This document shows, one piece after another, positions 10,611 to 20,433 of a stretch of 64,000 nucleotides of DNA. The position numbers were made by a program, and so were the translations under genes. The DNA comes from Acidiferrobacterales bacterium. GTDB lineage: Bacteria; Pseudomonadota; Gammaproteobacteria; Acidiferrobacterales; UBA6901. Each line of letters begins with the position of its first letter. The stretch's first letter is position 1. The stretch is taken from positions 5,756-69,755 of the forward strand of contig DASWHF010000044.1 in NCBI GenBank assembly GCA_036393295.1, given 5' to 3'. The notes below the pieces were generated by a model that ran no database searches, was not told the origin of the DNA, and saw nothing but the letters and a program-made list of their open reading frames with translations.

Positions 10611-10640
10611 TTGACAGAATTCCTGGTGGCCAATTATTTA
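10611..10640 (+). promoter_or_regulatory. Candidate sigma70 promoter for the 10756 OMP gene
   Basis: TTGACA (10611-10616), 18-nt spacer, TATTTA (10635-10640), in an AT-rich patch ~115 nt upstream of the ATG. The gene has a strong AAAGGGGAGAG RBS. Confidence 0.35.
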
Positions 10641-10755
10641 TTAAGGTTCGGACGCGCTGCGTGATTCTTGGCCTGTATACGGAATCGGCGCGAGGGAGAT
10701 CCAGGGGCGGTCACCTGGAAGCCGCAATCAAGCCAGTCAAACAAAGGGGAGAGTC

Positions 10756-11352
10756 ATGATTTCCATACGCAAGAACGCAGGGGTTGCCGGTGTCCTGACC
10801 TTGGGCGCAGTCGGTGTTGCCGCGGTGCCGGCCACGGCCGCCGCCGCCGGTTTCTATCTCGGTGCTGACTTTGTTCAGCTCTCCACCGAGCTCGACTACG
10901 GTGCGACGGAAAAATACTCCACCACGCACGCGCGACTTCGGGCCGGATATGAGATCCACGATACGATCGCGGTGGAGATGCACATCCTGACGGCGGGTGA
11001 CGACACTGATATCGACTTCCTGGGCAATACCTTCCGGCTCGATACCGGAACCATCGTGGGTATCTACGCCAAACCGAAGAGCGGCGGCCGCAAGGCCAGT
11101 GTCTACGGGCTGATCGGGTTTTCGATGTGGGATACCAGCTATGGCCCGAACGGATTCAGTTTTCTCGACGATACCGACAATGTGCTCACGCTCGGCCTGG
11201 GCGTGGGCGGTGACTTCAACATCACCAGGAACCTTCGCTTCAATATCGAGGGCATGATGCACATCGGATCGGCCGACTATGACTTTTGGATCGGCACCGA
11301 CACCGATTTCGTCTCGCTGGGGATCGCCGCCGGCGTGAACTACCAGTTCTAG
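10756..11352 (+). CDS. Small outer-membrane beta-barrel (OmpA-N/OmpW-like porin family) protein
   Basis: Signal peptide ending AAAAG. Alternating aromatic/Gly strands. C-terminal GVNYQF. Confidence 0.7.
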   Translation: MISIRKNAGVAGVLTLGAVGVAAVPATAAAAGFYLGADFVQLSTELDYGATEKYSTTHARLRAGYEIHDTIAVEMHILTAGDDTDIDFLGNTFRLDTGTIVGIYAKPKSGGRKASVYGLIGFSMWDTSYGPNGFSFLDDTDNVLTLGLGVGGDFNITRNLRFNIEGMMHIGSADYDFWIGTDTDFVSLGIAAGVNYQF

Positions 11353-11380
11353 CCGTCGGCGGAAATCCGAAGGCATCAGA

Positions 11381-11410
11381 CCGTGGTCGCGGGCACCGCG
11401 GCCACGGTTT
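11381..11410 (+). terminator. Weak intrinsic-terminator-like hairpin after the OMP gene
   Basis: CCGTGGTCGCG/CGCGGCCACGG stem (one G-U pair) followed by TTT. Confidence 0.35.
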
Positions 11411-11430
11411 CCCCTTCCCGTTATCCCTTG

Positions 11431-12228
11431 CTAGCCCGATAGCATCCTTACCCCCAGCGTCGCGAGGAATATCGCGAAGACCCGTCGCAGTATCGTCGTT
11501 GGCAGCGTATGAGCGAGCTTCGCGCCGAGCGGCGCGGCCAGCACGCTGGCCGCCGCGATGCCGGCGAGCGCCGGCCAATAGACATAGCCGGTCGCGCCGG
11601 GCGGCAGGCCGGGTTTGCCCCAGCCTGCGGCGATGAAGCCGGCGGCGCCGGCGACCGCGATCGGCAGGCCGACGGCCGCCGCGGTGGCGACCGCCTGGCG
11701 CAGCGGGACGTTGCACCAGGCGAGGAAGGGCACAGTCAACGTGCCGCCGCCGATGCCGAGCAGCGCCGACACCGCGCCGATCACCGCGCCGGCGGCGCCG
11801 AGGCCGGGTGCGCCGGGCAGCCGGCGGTGCGGCGCCGGCGGCCGCCCGAAGGCGAGCTGGGCGGCGACGAGCAGCTCGAACACGCCGAACACGCGTTTGA
11901 GGGTGTCACTGGCCAGGGTATCGGCGAGCGCCGCGCCGGCAAGCGCGCCGATGACGATCCCCGGCGCGAGTTGCGCGAACACCGGCCAGCGCACGGCGCC
12001 GTGCCGGTGGTGGGCGCGCACCGAGGAGATTGAGGTCGGCACGATGGTGGCGAGCGAGGTGCCGATCGCCAGATGCGTGAGAGAGTCCGGGCCGACGCCC
12101 TGGGCCGGCAGCGCCCAGACCAGCACCGGCACGATGATCAACCCGCCGCCGACGCCGAGCAGGCCGGCGATCACGCCGGCGAAGGCGCCGAGCGCCAGGA
12201 ACACCGCGAGCGTGTCGGGCGCGATCAT
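11431..12228 (-). CDS. TauE/SafE-family sulfite/anion exporter membrane protein
   Basis: Start trimmed to MIAPDTLAVF (ATG 12228). Family-typical duplicated GxGGG(x)IxVP motifs (GVGGGLIIVP, GIGGGTLTVP). Confidence 0.8.
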   Translation of the reverse strand: MIAPDTLAVFLALGAFAGVIAGLLGVGGGLIIVPVLVWALPAQGVGPDSLTHLAIGTSLATIVPTSISSVRAHHRHGAVRWPVFAQLAPGIVIGALAGAALADTLASDTLKRVFGVFELLVAAQLAFGRPPAPHRRLPGAPGLGAAGAVIGAVSALLGIGGGTLTVPFLAWCNVPLRQAVATAAAVGLPIAVAGAAGFIAAGWGKPGLPPGATGYVYWPALAGIAAASVLAAPLGAKLAHTLPTTILRRVFAIFLATLGVRMLSG

Positions 12229-12251
12229 GCGTCGGGACGGGCGCGTTGGCG

Positions 12252-13616
12252 CTACTTGATCCAGACGGTCTTGGCGTTGACGAACTCGCGGATGCCGAGC
12301 ACCGACAGCTCGCGCCCGTAGCCCGAGGCCTTGATGCCGCCGAACGGCAGGCGCGGGTCGCTCTTCACCAGGCCGTTGACGAAGCTCGCGCCCGACTGCA
12401 TGCGGCGCGCGAAGCGCTCGCCGCGCGCGCTGTCGCGCGTCCATACGCTGCCGCCGAGGCCGTAGCGGTGGTCGTTGGCGACCGCCAGCGCCTGGTCCTC
12501 GTCGCGCACGCGGATCACGATCGCCACCGGCCCGAACAGCTCCTCTTCGTAGGCGCGCATGCCGGGCCGCACCCGGTCGAGGATCGATACCTTATAGTAA
12601 ACGCCGGGCCCCGGCAGCGGCTCGCAGCCGAGCGCCGCGACCGCGCCGGCGGCGATGCTGTCGCGTACCTGGGCGTGCAACTCCGCGCGCAGGTCGGCGC
12701 GCGCCATCGGTCCGATCCGGGTTTCCTCGCGACCCGGGTCGCCCTGCTTGAGGGTCGCGGCCTTGCGCTGGAACAGCGCCAGGAACTGCTCGGCGATCGG
12801 CTCCACCAGGATGAAGCGCTTGGCGGCGATGCAGCTCTGGCCGCCGTTGAGGTAGCGCGACTGCACACCGACGCTTGCCGCCTGCTCGAGGTCGGCGTCC
12901 TCCAGCACCACGAAGGCGTCCGAGCCGCCCAGCTCCAGCACGGTCTTCTTGATCGCCGCACCGGCCGCCGCCGCCACCTTGCGGCCGGCCGGCTCGCTGC
13001 CGGTCAGGGTCACGGCCTGGATGCGCGGATCGCCGATCAGCGCCTCGGCCTGCGCGCCTTCGATCAGCAGCGTGCGGAACACGTCGTCGGGGAAGCCGGC
13101 GCGCCGGAAGATGTCCTCGATGGCGAGCGCGCACTGCGGGACGTTCGAGGCGTGCTTGAGCAGCGCGGTGTTGCCGGCCATGAGGCCGGGCGCGGCGAAG
13201 CGGAACACCTGCCAGAACGGGAAGTTCCACGGCATCACCGCCAGCACGGTACCGAGCGGCAGCCAGGCCACGTAACTGCGGCCGGCGTCGGAGGCGATCG
13301 TCTCGTCGGCCAGGAAGCGCGCGCCGTGCCCGGCGTAGTGCTCGCAGGCCCAGGCGCACTTTTCGACTTCGGCGCGCGCCTCCTTCACGGGCTTGCCCAT
13401 TTCGAGCGTCATGAGCCGCGCATAGTCGGCCTGGCGCTCGCGCAGCACCGCGGCGGCGTGCGACAAGAGACCGGCACGCGCCTCGAAACCGAGCGCCGCC
13501 CAGCCGGGCGTGGCGGCGTGCACCGCGGCCAGTATTCGCTCGATTTGACCCTGATCGAAGGGCGTGTATTCCTTCACACGTTCGCCGGTGGCGGGGTTGA
13601 TGCTCGCGATGGCCAT
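12252..13616 (-). CDS. NAD(P)-dependent aldehyde dehydrogenase (succinate-semialdehyde dehydrogenase-like)
   Basis: Start trimmed to [12 protein letters not shown]. Catalytic motifs LELGGSDA and GQSCIAAKR; WNFPFWQ. Confidence 0.85.
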   Translation of the reverse strand: MAIASINPATGERVKEYTPFDQGQIERILAAVHAATPGWAALGFEARAGLLSHAAAVLRERQADYARLMTLEMGKPVKEARAEVEKCAWACEHYAGHGARFLADETIASDAGRSYVAWLPLGTVLAVMPWNFPFWQVFRFAAPGLMAGNTALLKHASNVPQCALAIEDIFRRAGFPDDVFRTLLIEGAQAEALIGDPRIQAVTLTGSEPAGRKVAAAAGAAIKKTVLELGGSDAFVVLEDADLEQAASVGVQSRYLNGGQSCIAAKRFILVEPIAEQFLALFQRKAATLKQGDPGREETRIGPMARADLRAELHAQVRDSIAAGAVAALGCEPLPGPGVYYKVSILDRVRPGMRAYEEELFGPVAIVIRVRDEDQALAVANDHRYGLGGSVWTRDSARGERFARRMQSGASFVNGLVKSDPRLPFGGIKASGYGRELSVLGIREFVNAKTVWIK

Positions 13617-13688
13617 TGGTCGGGTTCCTCGTTCGGTTGCGCGGACGGATGGAACCGCAACCGCCGCGCGCAGACTATAATAGCGGTC

Positions 13689-15626
13689 ATGATGCCGCGT
13701 TTGCTCCGATATTTCATCCCGGTGGTTGTCGCCGGCGCGCTCGCCGCACCGGCGCTCGCGGCCGCCGATCTCGAGCAGCAGCGCCGCGATTACCTCGCGG
13801 CGCAGGCCGCGCTGCGCGCCGGCGATTTGGCGCGCTTCCGTCAAGTGCGCCCGAAGCTCGACGACTACCTGCTGCGCGGGATGCTCGACTACGAATTCCT
13901 CAAGGACCGTGTCGCCGCCACGCCGCCCAAGGTGCTGCGCGAGTTTCTCGCCGAACACGCCGAACTCCCGGCCAGCCAGGCCTTGCGTACCCGCTGGCTG
14001 GAACATCTGGCCCGCACCCAGGACTGGGAAAACTTCTTCCGCGAGTATCGCGACGTGCCGGACGATTCGCCGCTCAACTGCACGCGTTTACGCTATCTGC
14101 TGAGCGTCAGCACGGACCGGGAAGGCCTGTTGACCGAGGTTGACCGCCTGTGGTCGACCGGCAACCGCCTGCCGGACGCCTGCGAGCCGGTGTTTTCAGT
14201 GTGGCGCAAGGCCGGCCACATGACCAACGAGCGGCTGTGGGAACGCATCGGCCTGGCGATCGAGCAGCGCAATCTGAGCCTGGCCGGGCACCTCGGGACC
14301 TATCTGGAGGAGCGCGACCGGGCGTGGCTGCAGCGCTGGCTGGCCATGCACCGCAATCCCGCCGCCGGGCTGCGCGACATCCGCTATCCGGTCGAGACGC
14401 CGGTGGCGCGCCAGATCGTGCGGCACGGCGTGGTGCGCCTGGCCTTCAACGATCCGGAAGAGGCGATGCGCGTCTGGACGACGCTGCAGGAGAAATACGA
14501 ATTCTTCGGCGAGGACGAGAGTTACGTGCTGCGCTTCGTCGGGCTGCTCGCCGCCCAGCGCCATCTGCCGCAGGCGGTGGAATGGCTGTCGGCGGTACCG
14601 GCCGACGCCAACGACGCCAACCTGCGCCATTGGCGGGTACGCGCGGCGCTGCGCGCCGGCCAGTGGCGCACGGGCCTGCGCTTCCTGTCGGCGCTGACCC
14701 AGGAGGAGCAGGGCCAGAGCGAGTGGCGCTACTGGAAGGCGCGCCTGCTCGAGCAGATCGGCGAGGCGCCGGCGGCGCGCGCGCTCTACAACGAGGTGGC
14801 GCGCGAGCGCAGCTACTACGGCTTCCTCGCCGCCGACCGGCTCGGCATGGACTATGCCATGCAGCACGTCAGCATCGAGCCGACCCCGGCGGAGGTCGGC
14901 ACCATGCTGGCGCGTCCCGGCATCCAGGTCGCCCGCGAGCTCTACACCCTCGGCGAGATCATGGACGCGCGCCGCCAGTGGGCCTGGACCACGCGCGCGA
15001 TGAACAACCGCCAGCTGCAGGTGGCGGCGGTGCTGGCGCGCGAGTGGGGCTGGCACGACCGCGCCATCCTGACGGTCGCCAAGAGCGATCACCTGGACGA
15101 CCTCGAGCTGCGTTTCCCGATCCTGTACCGCGACATCGTCGAGGCCACCGCCGAGCGCAACAACATCGACCCGAGCTGGGTGTACGGCGTGCTGCGCCAG
15201 GAGAGCGCCTTCGTGACCGACGCGCGTTCGCCGGCCGGCGCGCTCGGGCTCATGCAGCTCATGCCGCAGACCGGCCGCCAGGCCGGCAGGCGCATCAAGC
15301 TGACGGTGCGCAGCAACAGCGCGATCCTCGACATCGAGAACAATCTGCGTCTCGGCGCGAGTTACCTGCGCACCGTGCTGGACGTCAACCGGGGCAATCA
15401 GGTGCTGGCCACCGCCGCCTACAACGCCGGGCCGAACCGCGTGCGCGGCTGGCTGCCCGCGACCGACGGCCTGCCGGCCGATGCCTGGGTGGAGTCCATC
15501 CCGTACACCGAGACGCGCAACTACGTCAAGAACGTCCTGGGCTTCACCGCCGTCTACGACTATCGACTCGGCGTCGGCCCGACGCGCCTCGTGGACCGCA
15601 TGGTCGATATCGCACCGTCGCCCTGA
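13689..15626 (+). CDS. slt: Soluble lytic murein transglycosylase (Slt70-like)
   Basis: C-terminal 645 aa of ORF 12246..15626, starting at MMPRLLRYF with a signal peptide. Superhelical U-domain, then the GH23 catalytic region VLRQESAF ... LMQLMP ... AAYNAGP. Confidence 0.85.
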   Translation: MMPRLLRYFIPVVVAGALAAPALAAADLEQQRRDYLAAQAALRAGDLARFRQVRPKLDDYLLRGMLDYEFLKDRVAATPPKVLREFLAEHAELPASQALRTRWLEHLARTQDWENFFREYRDVPDDSPLNCTRLRYLLSVSTDREGLLTEVDRLWSTGNRLPDACEPVFSVWRKAGHMTNERLWERIGLAIEQRNLSLAGHLGTYLEERDRAWLQRWLAMHRNPAAGLRDIRYPVETPVARQIVRHGVVRLAFNDPEEAMRVWTTLQEKYEFFGEDESYVLRFVGLLAAQRHLPQAVEWLSAVPADANDANLRHWRVRAALRAGQWRTGLRFLSALTQEEQGQSEWRYWKARLLEQIGEAPAARALYNEVARERSYYGFLAADRLGMDYAMQHVSIEPTPAEVGTMLARPGIQVARELYTLGEIMDARRQWAWTTRAMNNRQLQVAAVLAREWGWHDRAILTVAKSDHLDDLELRFPILYRDIVEATAERNNIDPSWVYGVLRQESAFVTDARSPAGALGLMQLMPQTGRQAGRRIKLTVRSNSAILDIENNLRLGASYLRTVLDVNRGNQVLATAAYNAGPNRVRGWLPATDGLPADAWVESIPYTETRNYVKNVLGFTAVYDYRLGVGPTRLVDRMVDIAPSP

Positions 15627-15719
15627 GCAATCCGCCGCCGCGCGTGTTGACTGGGCCGCCCCGCCTGGACACAATCCCAGGCCAGCCCGCGCGCTCGCGC
15701 AAATCCGGAGATTGCAGCC

Positions 15720-16679
15720 ATGGCCCTCCAGCGCAACATCGTCATGCTCGGCGGCACCGGCTTTGTCGGCCGGCATATCGCCGAGCGGTTGTCGGCCGCC
15801 GGACACCGCGTCAAGATCATCACCCGCCGGCGCGAGCGCCATCGCGACCTGCTGGTGCTCCCGACCGTGACCCTGGTCGAGGGCAGCGTCTACAACGACG
15901 TCCTGCTCAATCGCGAGCTCGCCGGCCAGGACGCCGTGATCAACCTCGTCGGCATCCTCAACGAGGCCGGGCGCGACGGTCGCGGGTTCGAGCGCGTGCA
16001 CGCCGAGCTGCCGGCCAGGGTCGTGCAGGTCTGCCGCAAGCACGGCGTGCGCCGGTTGTTGCACATGAGCGCGCTCAACGCGGCGCCGACCGCGCCGAGT
16101 CACTATCTGCGCAGCAAGGCGCGTGGCGAGGCGCTGGTGATGGAGGCCGAGAGCCCGGCGCTGCATGTGACGGCGTTCCGGCCCTCGGTGATCTTCGGTC
16201 CCGGCGACAGCTTCACCAACCGCTTCGCCAGGCTGCTGCGTCTCACGCCGCTGGCGTTCCCGCTTGCCTGCCCGCACTCGCGTTTCCAGCCGCTCTACGT
16301 CGAGGACGTGGCGCGCGCCTTCGTGACCGCGCTCGACATGAGCGCCAGCCACGGCCGGAGTTACGATCTGTGCGGCCCCAAGGTCTATACGCTCGAGGAG
16401 CTGGTCCGGTATCTCGCGGCGCTGATCGGCACGCGGCGCTGGATCGTGCCGCTCGGCGACCGGCTGTCGCGGCTGCAGGCCGCGGTGCTGCAGTTCGCGC
16501 CGGGCAAGCCCTTCACGCTCGACAACTACCGTTCCTTGAGCGTCGCCAGCGTCTGCCGCGGGGAGCCCCCGGCCGAGCTCGGCATCCGGCCGCGGCCGCT
16601 CGAGGATATCGTTCCGACCTATCTCGGCCCGCGTGCGGAGCGCAATCCCGACGACTACCGCCGTACCGCGCTGCGCTAG
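15720..16679 (+). CDS. NAD(P)H-binding, NDUFA9/complex-I 39-kDa-like atypical SDR
   Basis: GGTGFVGRH Rossmann motif at the N-terminus; 319 aa. Confidence 0.75.
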   Translation: MALQRNIVMLGGTGFVGRHIAERLSAAGHRVKIITRRRERHRDLLVLPTVTLVEGSVYNDVLLNRELAGQDAVINLVGILNEAGRDGRGFERVHAELPARVVQVCRKHGVRRLLHMSALNAAPTAPSHYLRSKARGEALVMEAESPALHVTAFRPSVIFGPGDSFTNRFARLLRLTPLAFPLACPHSRFQPLYVEDVARAFVTALDMSASHGRSYDLCGPKVYTLEELVRYLAALIGTRRWIVPLGDRLSRLQAAVLQFAPGKPFTLDNYRSLSVASVCRGEPPAELGIRPRPLEDIVPTYLGPRAERNPDDYRRTALR

Positions 16680-16914
16680 GGACGCTCCCTGGGCCGGGTT
16701 GGACGGGTTCTAAGCCGGGTTCCGTAAGCCGCACAAGTCCGCTCGCCCGCGATGGCTGGCGGATTTCCCCGGATCAACGGTCGCCCCCAACCCCGCCGAC
16801 CGGCTTTTTCTCGCCAATACTGAATGTTACCGATTCCGGCAGGGATCCGCCGGGGGGCGTGGGTGTGAACCAGCCGCGCGACACGACAGCAGGGATCATT
16901 CGAAGGAGCCAAGC

Positions 16915-17181
16915 ATGAATCTGTTCGTGGGTAATTTGTCGTCCGCGGTGCAGCCGGCCGACCTGCAGCACATGTTCGCAGGCATGGGACAGATACTCTA
17001 CGCGAAGCTCGCCGCGGCCGACGCCGCGGGCGAGGCCGGCTATGCCTACGTCTACGTGCCGAACGACGAGCAGGCGCGCAGCGCCGTCGCCTCGCTGGAC
17101 GGCACGGAGCTGAAAGGTGCGCGGCTGCGGGTCAGCCCGTTGAGCGAACGCCCGGGCGTGATCGGTGGCGCCAGGCGCTGA
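16915..17181 (+). CDS. RRM-type RNA-binding protein (88 aa)
   Basis: RNP2-like NLFVGNL and RNP1-like GYAYVYV. Strong GAAGGAG RBS. Confidence 0.8.
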   Translation: MNLFVGNLSSAVQPADLQHMFAGMGQILYAKLAAADAAGEAGYAYVYVPNDEQARSAVASLDGTELKGARLRVSPLSERPGVIGGARR

Positions 17182-17204
17182 AGAATCAGGTTGTGGTGCA
17201 GGAC

Positions 17205-17237
17205 CCACTGCCCGCGCAAGCGGGCAGTGGCGTTTTT
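17205..17237 (+). terminator. Intrinsic terminator after the RRM gene
   Basis: CCACTGCCCGC-GCAA-GCGGGCAGTGG followed by CGTTTTT. Confidence 0.75.
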
Positions 17238-17280
17238 GGGGTCGCGCCTCACGGCCCGGGCAGGGTGTTGGCCTGATGGA

Positions 17281-18417
17281 TCAGGAGTTCGTCGTGGCGG
17301 CGCCGGCGACGCGGCCGATCAGCGACCGGAGCGCGACGCGACGCCGCTCGCCGGAGAGGCGGCCGATGCGCAGCGCATCGCGATAGAAGGCCTTGAGATC
17401 GCCGGCGTGCTCTTCCAGCAGCGCCTGGAAGGCCGGCAGGTACTGGTGGTAGATGCCGACCGACGCCAGGTGGGCGTTGTTGAGCGGACGGCCGAACCAC
17501 TGGTCGTAACCGTCGTAGCCGCCCCATTCCTCGCGCAGCAGCGCGTACTCCTCGCGCAGGCCCGCGAAGATCTGCTGCTTCCCGGCGCGTTGTTCGCCGG
17601 CGCCGCGCGCCGAGGCGTACAGCGCTTCCAGCCGCGCGCGGGCACGCCCCAACAGCTCGACGAATTGTTCGTGACGCTGCTTGCCGGCGAGATACTCTTC
17701 GAGCTGCCGCGCCATGTCGAGGGTTTCGCACTCCGGGCAGGCGTAGCGGTCCGGATCGCGGCTCAGCCAGCGGCGCGCGCCCTCCAGCTCGACGGCCATG
17801 GCGAAGGACTCGTTGAAGGCGGTGTCGTCGCGCACGTAGAGGCGCTGGTGGGCGAGCTCGTGGAAGATCAAGCCGGCGATGCTCGCCTCGGAGCGCCGCA
17901 GCACGCTGTTGAACACCGGGTCGCGGAACCAGCCGAGCGTCGAATAGGCGTTGACGCCGGCCACGTAGACGTCGTAGCCCTCGCGCGCGAGCGCGGCGGC
18001 GTACTCCTCCGCGCTGGCCTGGTCGAAGTATCCGCGGTAGGTCACGCAGCCGGCCACCGGAAAGCACCATTGCTTGGGCTTGAGCGACAGCTCCGGCGTG
18101 GCGTAGACGTTCCACACGACATAAGGGCGGCCGAGGTCGGCATAGTGGGTGTAGCTGCCGTTGTCGGGAAGGTGCAGCTCGTCGATGGCGAAGCTGCGGA
18201 TGCGCTGGATGGCGGCGAGCCGCGCCCGGATCTCGGCCGGGGTCGCGGGATCGTGCAGCACGCGCTCGATCGGCTGGGCGCGCGACAGGACCCGCATCTG
18301 GCCGCCGACGCTCTGGGCGTAGTAGCCCAGCGTGGCGCAGCCGCCGACGATGAGGGTCGACAGGCCGAGCAGGGTGAGCACGGCCGGAACGACCAGTTGG
18401 TTCGCGCGTAGCGTCAT
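17281..18417 (-). CDS. Predicted lipoprotein aminopeptidase (DUF2265 family zinc peptidase)
   Basis: Lipobox-like LIVGGC. HExxH motif FHELAHQ. 378 aa. Confidence 0.75.
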   Translation of the reverse strand: MTLRANQLVVPAVLTLLGLSTLIVGGCATLGYYAQSVGGQMRVLSRAQPIERVLHDPATPAEIRARLAAIQRIRSFAIDELHLPDNGSYTHYADLGRPYVVWNVYATPELSLKPKQWCFPVAGCVTYRGYFDQASAEEYAAALAREGYDVYVAGVNAYSTLGWFRDPVFNSVLRRSEASIAGLIFHELAHQRLYVRDDTAFNESFAMAVELEGARRWLSRDPDRYACPECETLDMARQLEEYLAGKQRHEQFVELLGRARARLEALYASARGAGEQRAGKQQIFAGLREEYALLREEWGGYDGYDQWFGRPLNNAHLASVGIYHQYLPAFQALLEEHAGDLKAFYRDALRIGRLSGERRRVALRSLIGRVAGAATTNS

Positions 18418-18453
18418 ATTGGTTCAAGCACCCCTACTCAGTAGTATAGACAC

Positions 18454-19683
18454 ATGAAGACCTACCTGGTGGGCGGCGCGGTGCGCGACAAACTGCTCGG
18501 AATTCCGGTCCAGGACCGGGATTACGTGGTGGTGGGCGCGACGCCGGAGGACATGACGGCGCGCGGCTTCAAGCCGGTCGGCGCGGATTTCCCGGTGTTC
18601 CTGCATCCCGAGACCAAGGAGGAGTACGCGCTTGCCCGCACCGAGCGCAAGTCCGGGCGCGGCTACAAGGGCTTCACGGTCTACGCCACCCCCGACGTGA
18701 CGCTCGAGGACGACCTCAGGCGCCGCGACCTCACCATCAACGCCATGGCCGAGGACGAGAGTGGCCGGCTCATCGACCCGTTCGGCGGCGCCGAGGACCT
18801 GCGCAACGGCCTGCTGCGCCACGTGTCGCCGGCCTTCGCCGAGGACCCGGTGCGCATCCTGCGGGTCGCGCGTTTCGCCGCGCGCTATGCCAAGTGGGGC
18901 TTCCGGGTCGCACACGGCACCCGGGCGCTGATGCAGCGCATGGTCGAGAACGGCGAGGTCGATGCGCTGGTTCCGGAACGGGTCTGGGCGGAGCTGGAGC
19001 GCGCGCTCGGCGAGGACCGCCCGTCGGTGTTCTTCAAGGTGCTGCGCGGCTGCGGCGCGCTGGCGCGGCTGTTCCCGGAGATCGACGCCCTGTACGGCGT
19101 GCCGCAGCCGGAGAACCATCATCCGGAGATGGACACCGGCGTGCACGCCATGATGGTGCTGGAGGCGGCGGCGCGGCTCACGTCCGACACGCGCGTGCGT
19201 TTCGCCGCGCTGGTGCACGACCTCGGCAAGGGCCGCACGCCCGAATCGGAGTGGCCGCGCCATATCGGCCACGAGGAGCAGGGCGTGGTGCTGGTGCAGG
19301 ACCTGTGCCGGCGCCTGCGCGTGCCGAACGACTACCGCGATCTCGGCGTGCTCACGGCGCGCTTCCATGCGCACTGCCACCGCGCCGCCGAATTGAAGCC
19401 TACGACCCTGCTCGAGCTGCTCGAGGCGCTCGATGCCTTCCGCCGGCCGGAACGCGTCGGGCAGTTCCTGCTGGCCTGCGAGGCCGACGCGCGCGGTCGC
19501 AGCGGCCATGCCGATGCGGCCTATCCGCAGGCCGGGATCGTGCGGCGCGCGTTCGCGGCCGCCGCCGCGGTCGATCCCAAGCTCATCGCCGCCACCGGCG
19601 TGAGCGGCCCGGAGATCGGCGCGCGCCTGCGCGCGCAGCGCATCGCCGCGATCCGCGCCGCCGCGGGCGACGCTGGCGATTAG
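18454..19683 (+). CDS. cca: Multifunctional CCA-adding tRNA nucleotidyltransferase (with HD domain)
   Basis: [16 protein letters not shown]...DRDYVV head domain. C-terminal HD region (HPEMDTGVH ... LVHDLGK). Confidence 0.92.
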   Translation: MKTYLVGGAVRDKLLGIPVQDRDYVVVGATPEDMTARGFKPVGADFPVFLHPETKEEYALARTERKSGRGYKGFTVYATPDVTLEDDLRRRDLTINAMAEDESGRLIDPFGGAEDLRNGLLRHVSPAFAEDPVRILRVARFAARYAKWGFRVAHGTRALMQRMVENGEVDALVPERVWAELERALGEDRPSVFFKVLRGCGALARLFPEIDALYGVPQPENHHPEMDTGVHAMMVLEAAARLTSDTRVRFAALVHDLGKGRTPESEWPRHIGHEEQGVVLVQDLCRRLRVPNDYRDLGVLTARFHAHCHRAAELKPTTLLELLEALDAFRRPERVGQFLLACEADARGRSGHADAAYPQAGIVRRAFAAAAAVDPKLIAATGVSGPEIGARLRAQRIAAIRAAAGDAGD

Positions 19684-19792
19684 CCACGGGGGTCACGGGG
19701 AAGTGAAGATGTACCGGGCACACGCGGCAAACGCCGTGCGCGGGTTTTGCCGGACATTGATTTTCCCCGTGCTCCCCGTGACCCCCGTGGCC
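19682..19792. repeat. Family 1 palindromic element (NNCACGGGG 9-mer arms), copy B
   Basis: AGCCACGGGGGTCACGGGGAA ... TTTTCCCCGTGCTCCCCGTGACCCCCGTGGCC. Begins at the cca stop codon; lies between convergent genes. Confidence 0.85.
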
Positions 19793-19823
19793 AATTCAGT
19801 TCAACCGGTTTGGGAGACGGCGA

Positions 19824-20369
19824 TTAGCGCGCCGAGCGGCTCCAGCGCCAGGCGAGCCAGGCGGCGCAGGCCAGCATCCCCAGCCACCCGATCTGGCGGA
19901 CCGCGGCCGCCAGCGACGTATCGGCGTGCAAGGCGCCCCAGCGGCCGAGGATATTCGTCCAGTCGTGCTCGCCGCCGCCGACCAGCGGCAGCAGCTGGGC
20001 GCGCGCATCGGCCATGTAACGCGCGATGTTCAGGAAATTCTCGAACAACCACACGCCGGCGGCCGCGGCGCCGATCGGCGCGCGCCGCGACCAGAAGGTC
20101 AGCAGCGCGACGACCGGGAAGACCAGCTGGCCGAGCGTGCCGCCGTACAGCGCGGCGGTGGGTCCGAGCACGCGGAAGAACAGGTGGCCGGCCTCGTGGA
20201 AGGCGAGGTTGGCGTGGTCGAGCAGCGGCACGAAGCCGTCGTCGTTGGTCTTGATCACATAGAAGAGCGTCAGCAGTCCCATGCCGAAGACGCCCGCGGC
20301 CGCCCCCGACACGTCGGCCCAGGGCCGGGCGCGGATTTCGCGCCAGTATTCGATGATCTGCATGATCAT
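19824..20369 (-). CDS. Hypothetical membrane protein with HEAGH (HExxH) motif
   Basis: Start trimmed to MIMQIIEYW. About five hydrophobic segments. LAFHEAGHLFF motif. No family recognised by eye. Confidence 0.5.
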   Translation of the reverse strand: MIMQIIEYWREIRARPWADVSGAAAGVFGMGLLTLFYVIKTNDDGFVPLLDHANLAFHEAGHLFFRVLGPTAALYGGTLGQLVFPVVALLTFWSRRAPIGAAAAGVWLFENFLNIARYMADARAQLLPLVGGGEHDWTNILGRWGALHADTSLAAAVRQIGWLGMLACAAWLAWRWSRSAR

Positions 20370-20433
20370 TGCGGCTGTCTCCGGCCGGTTCGTGCGTGCC
20401 AGTTCCAATGGTAGCCGCGGCGCGCGCGGCGGC

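Noticed and set aside
14150-16918. 922-aa plus-strand ORF (and the 718-aa minus ORF 14196..16352)
   Set aside because: It is an out-of-frame read-through spanning slt, an intergenic region and the NDUFA9-like gene, with Arg/Pro/Ala low complexity. The in-frame genes have clear motifs.
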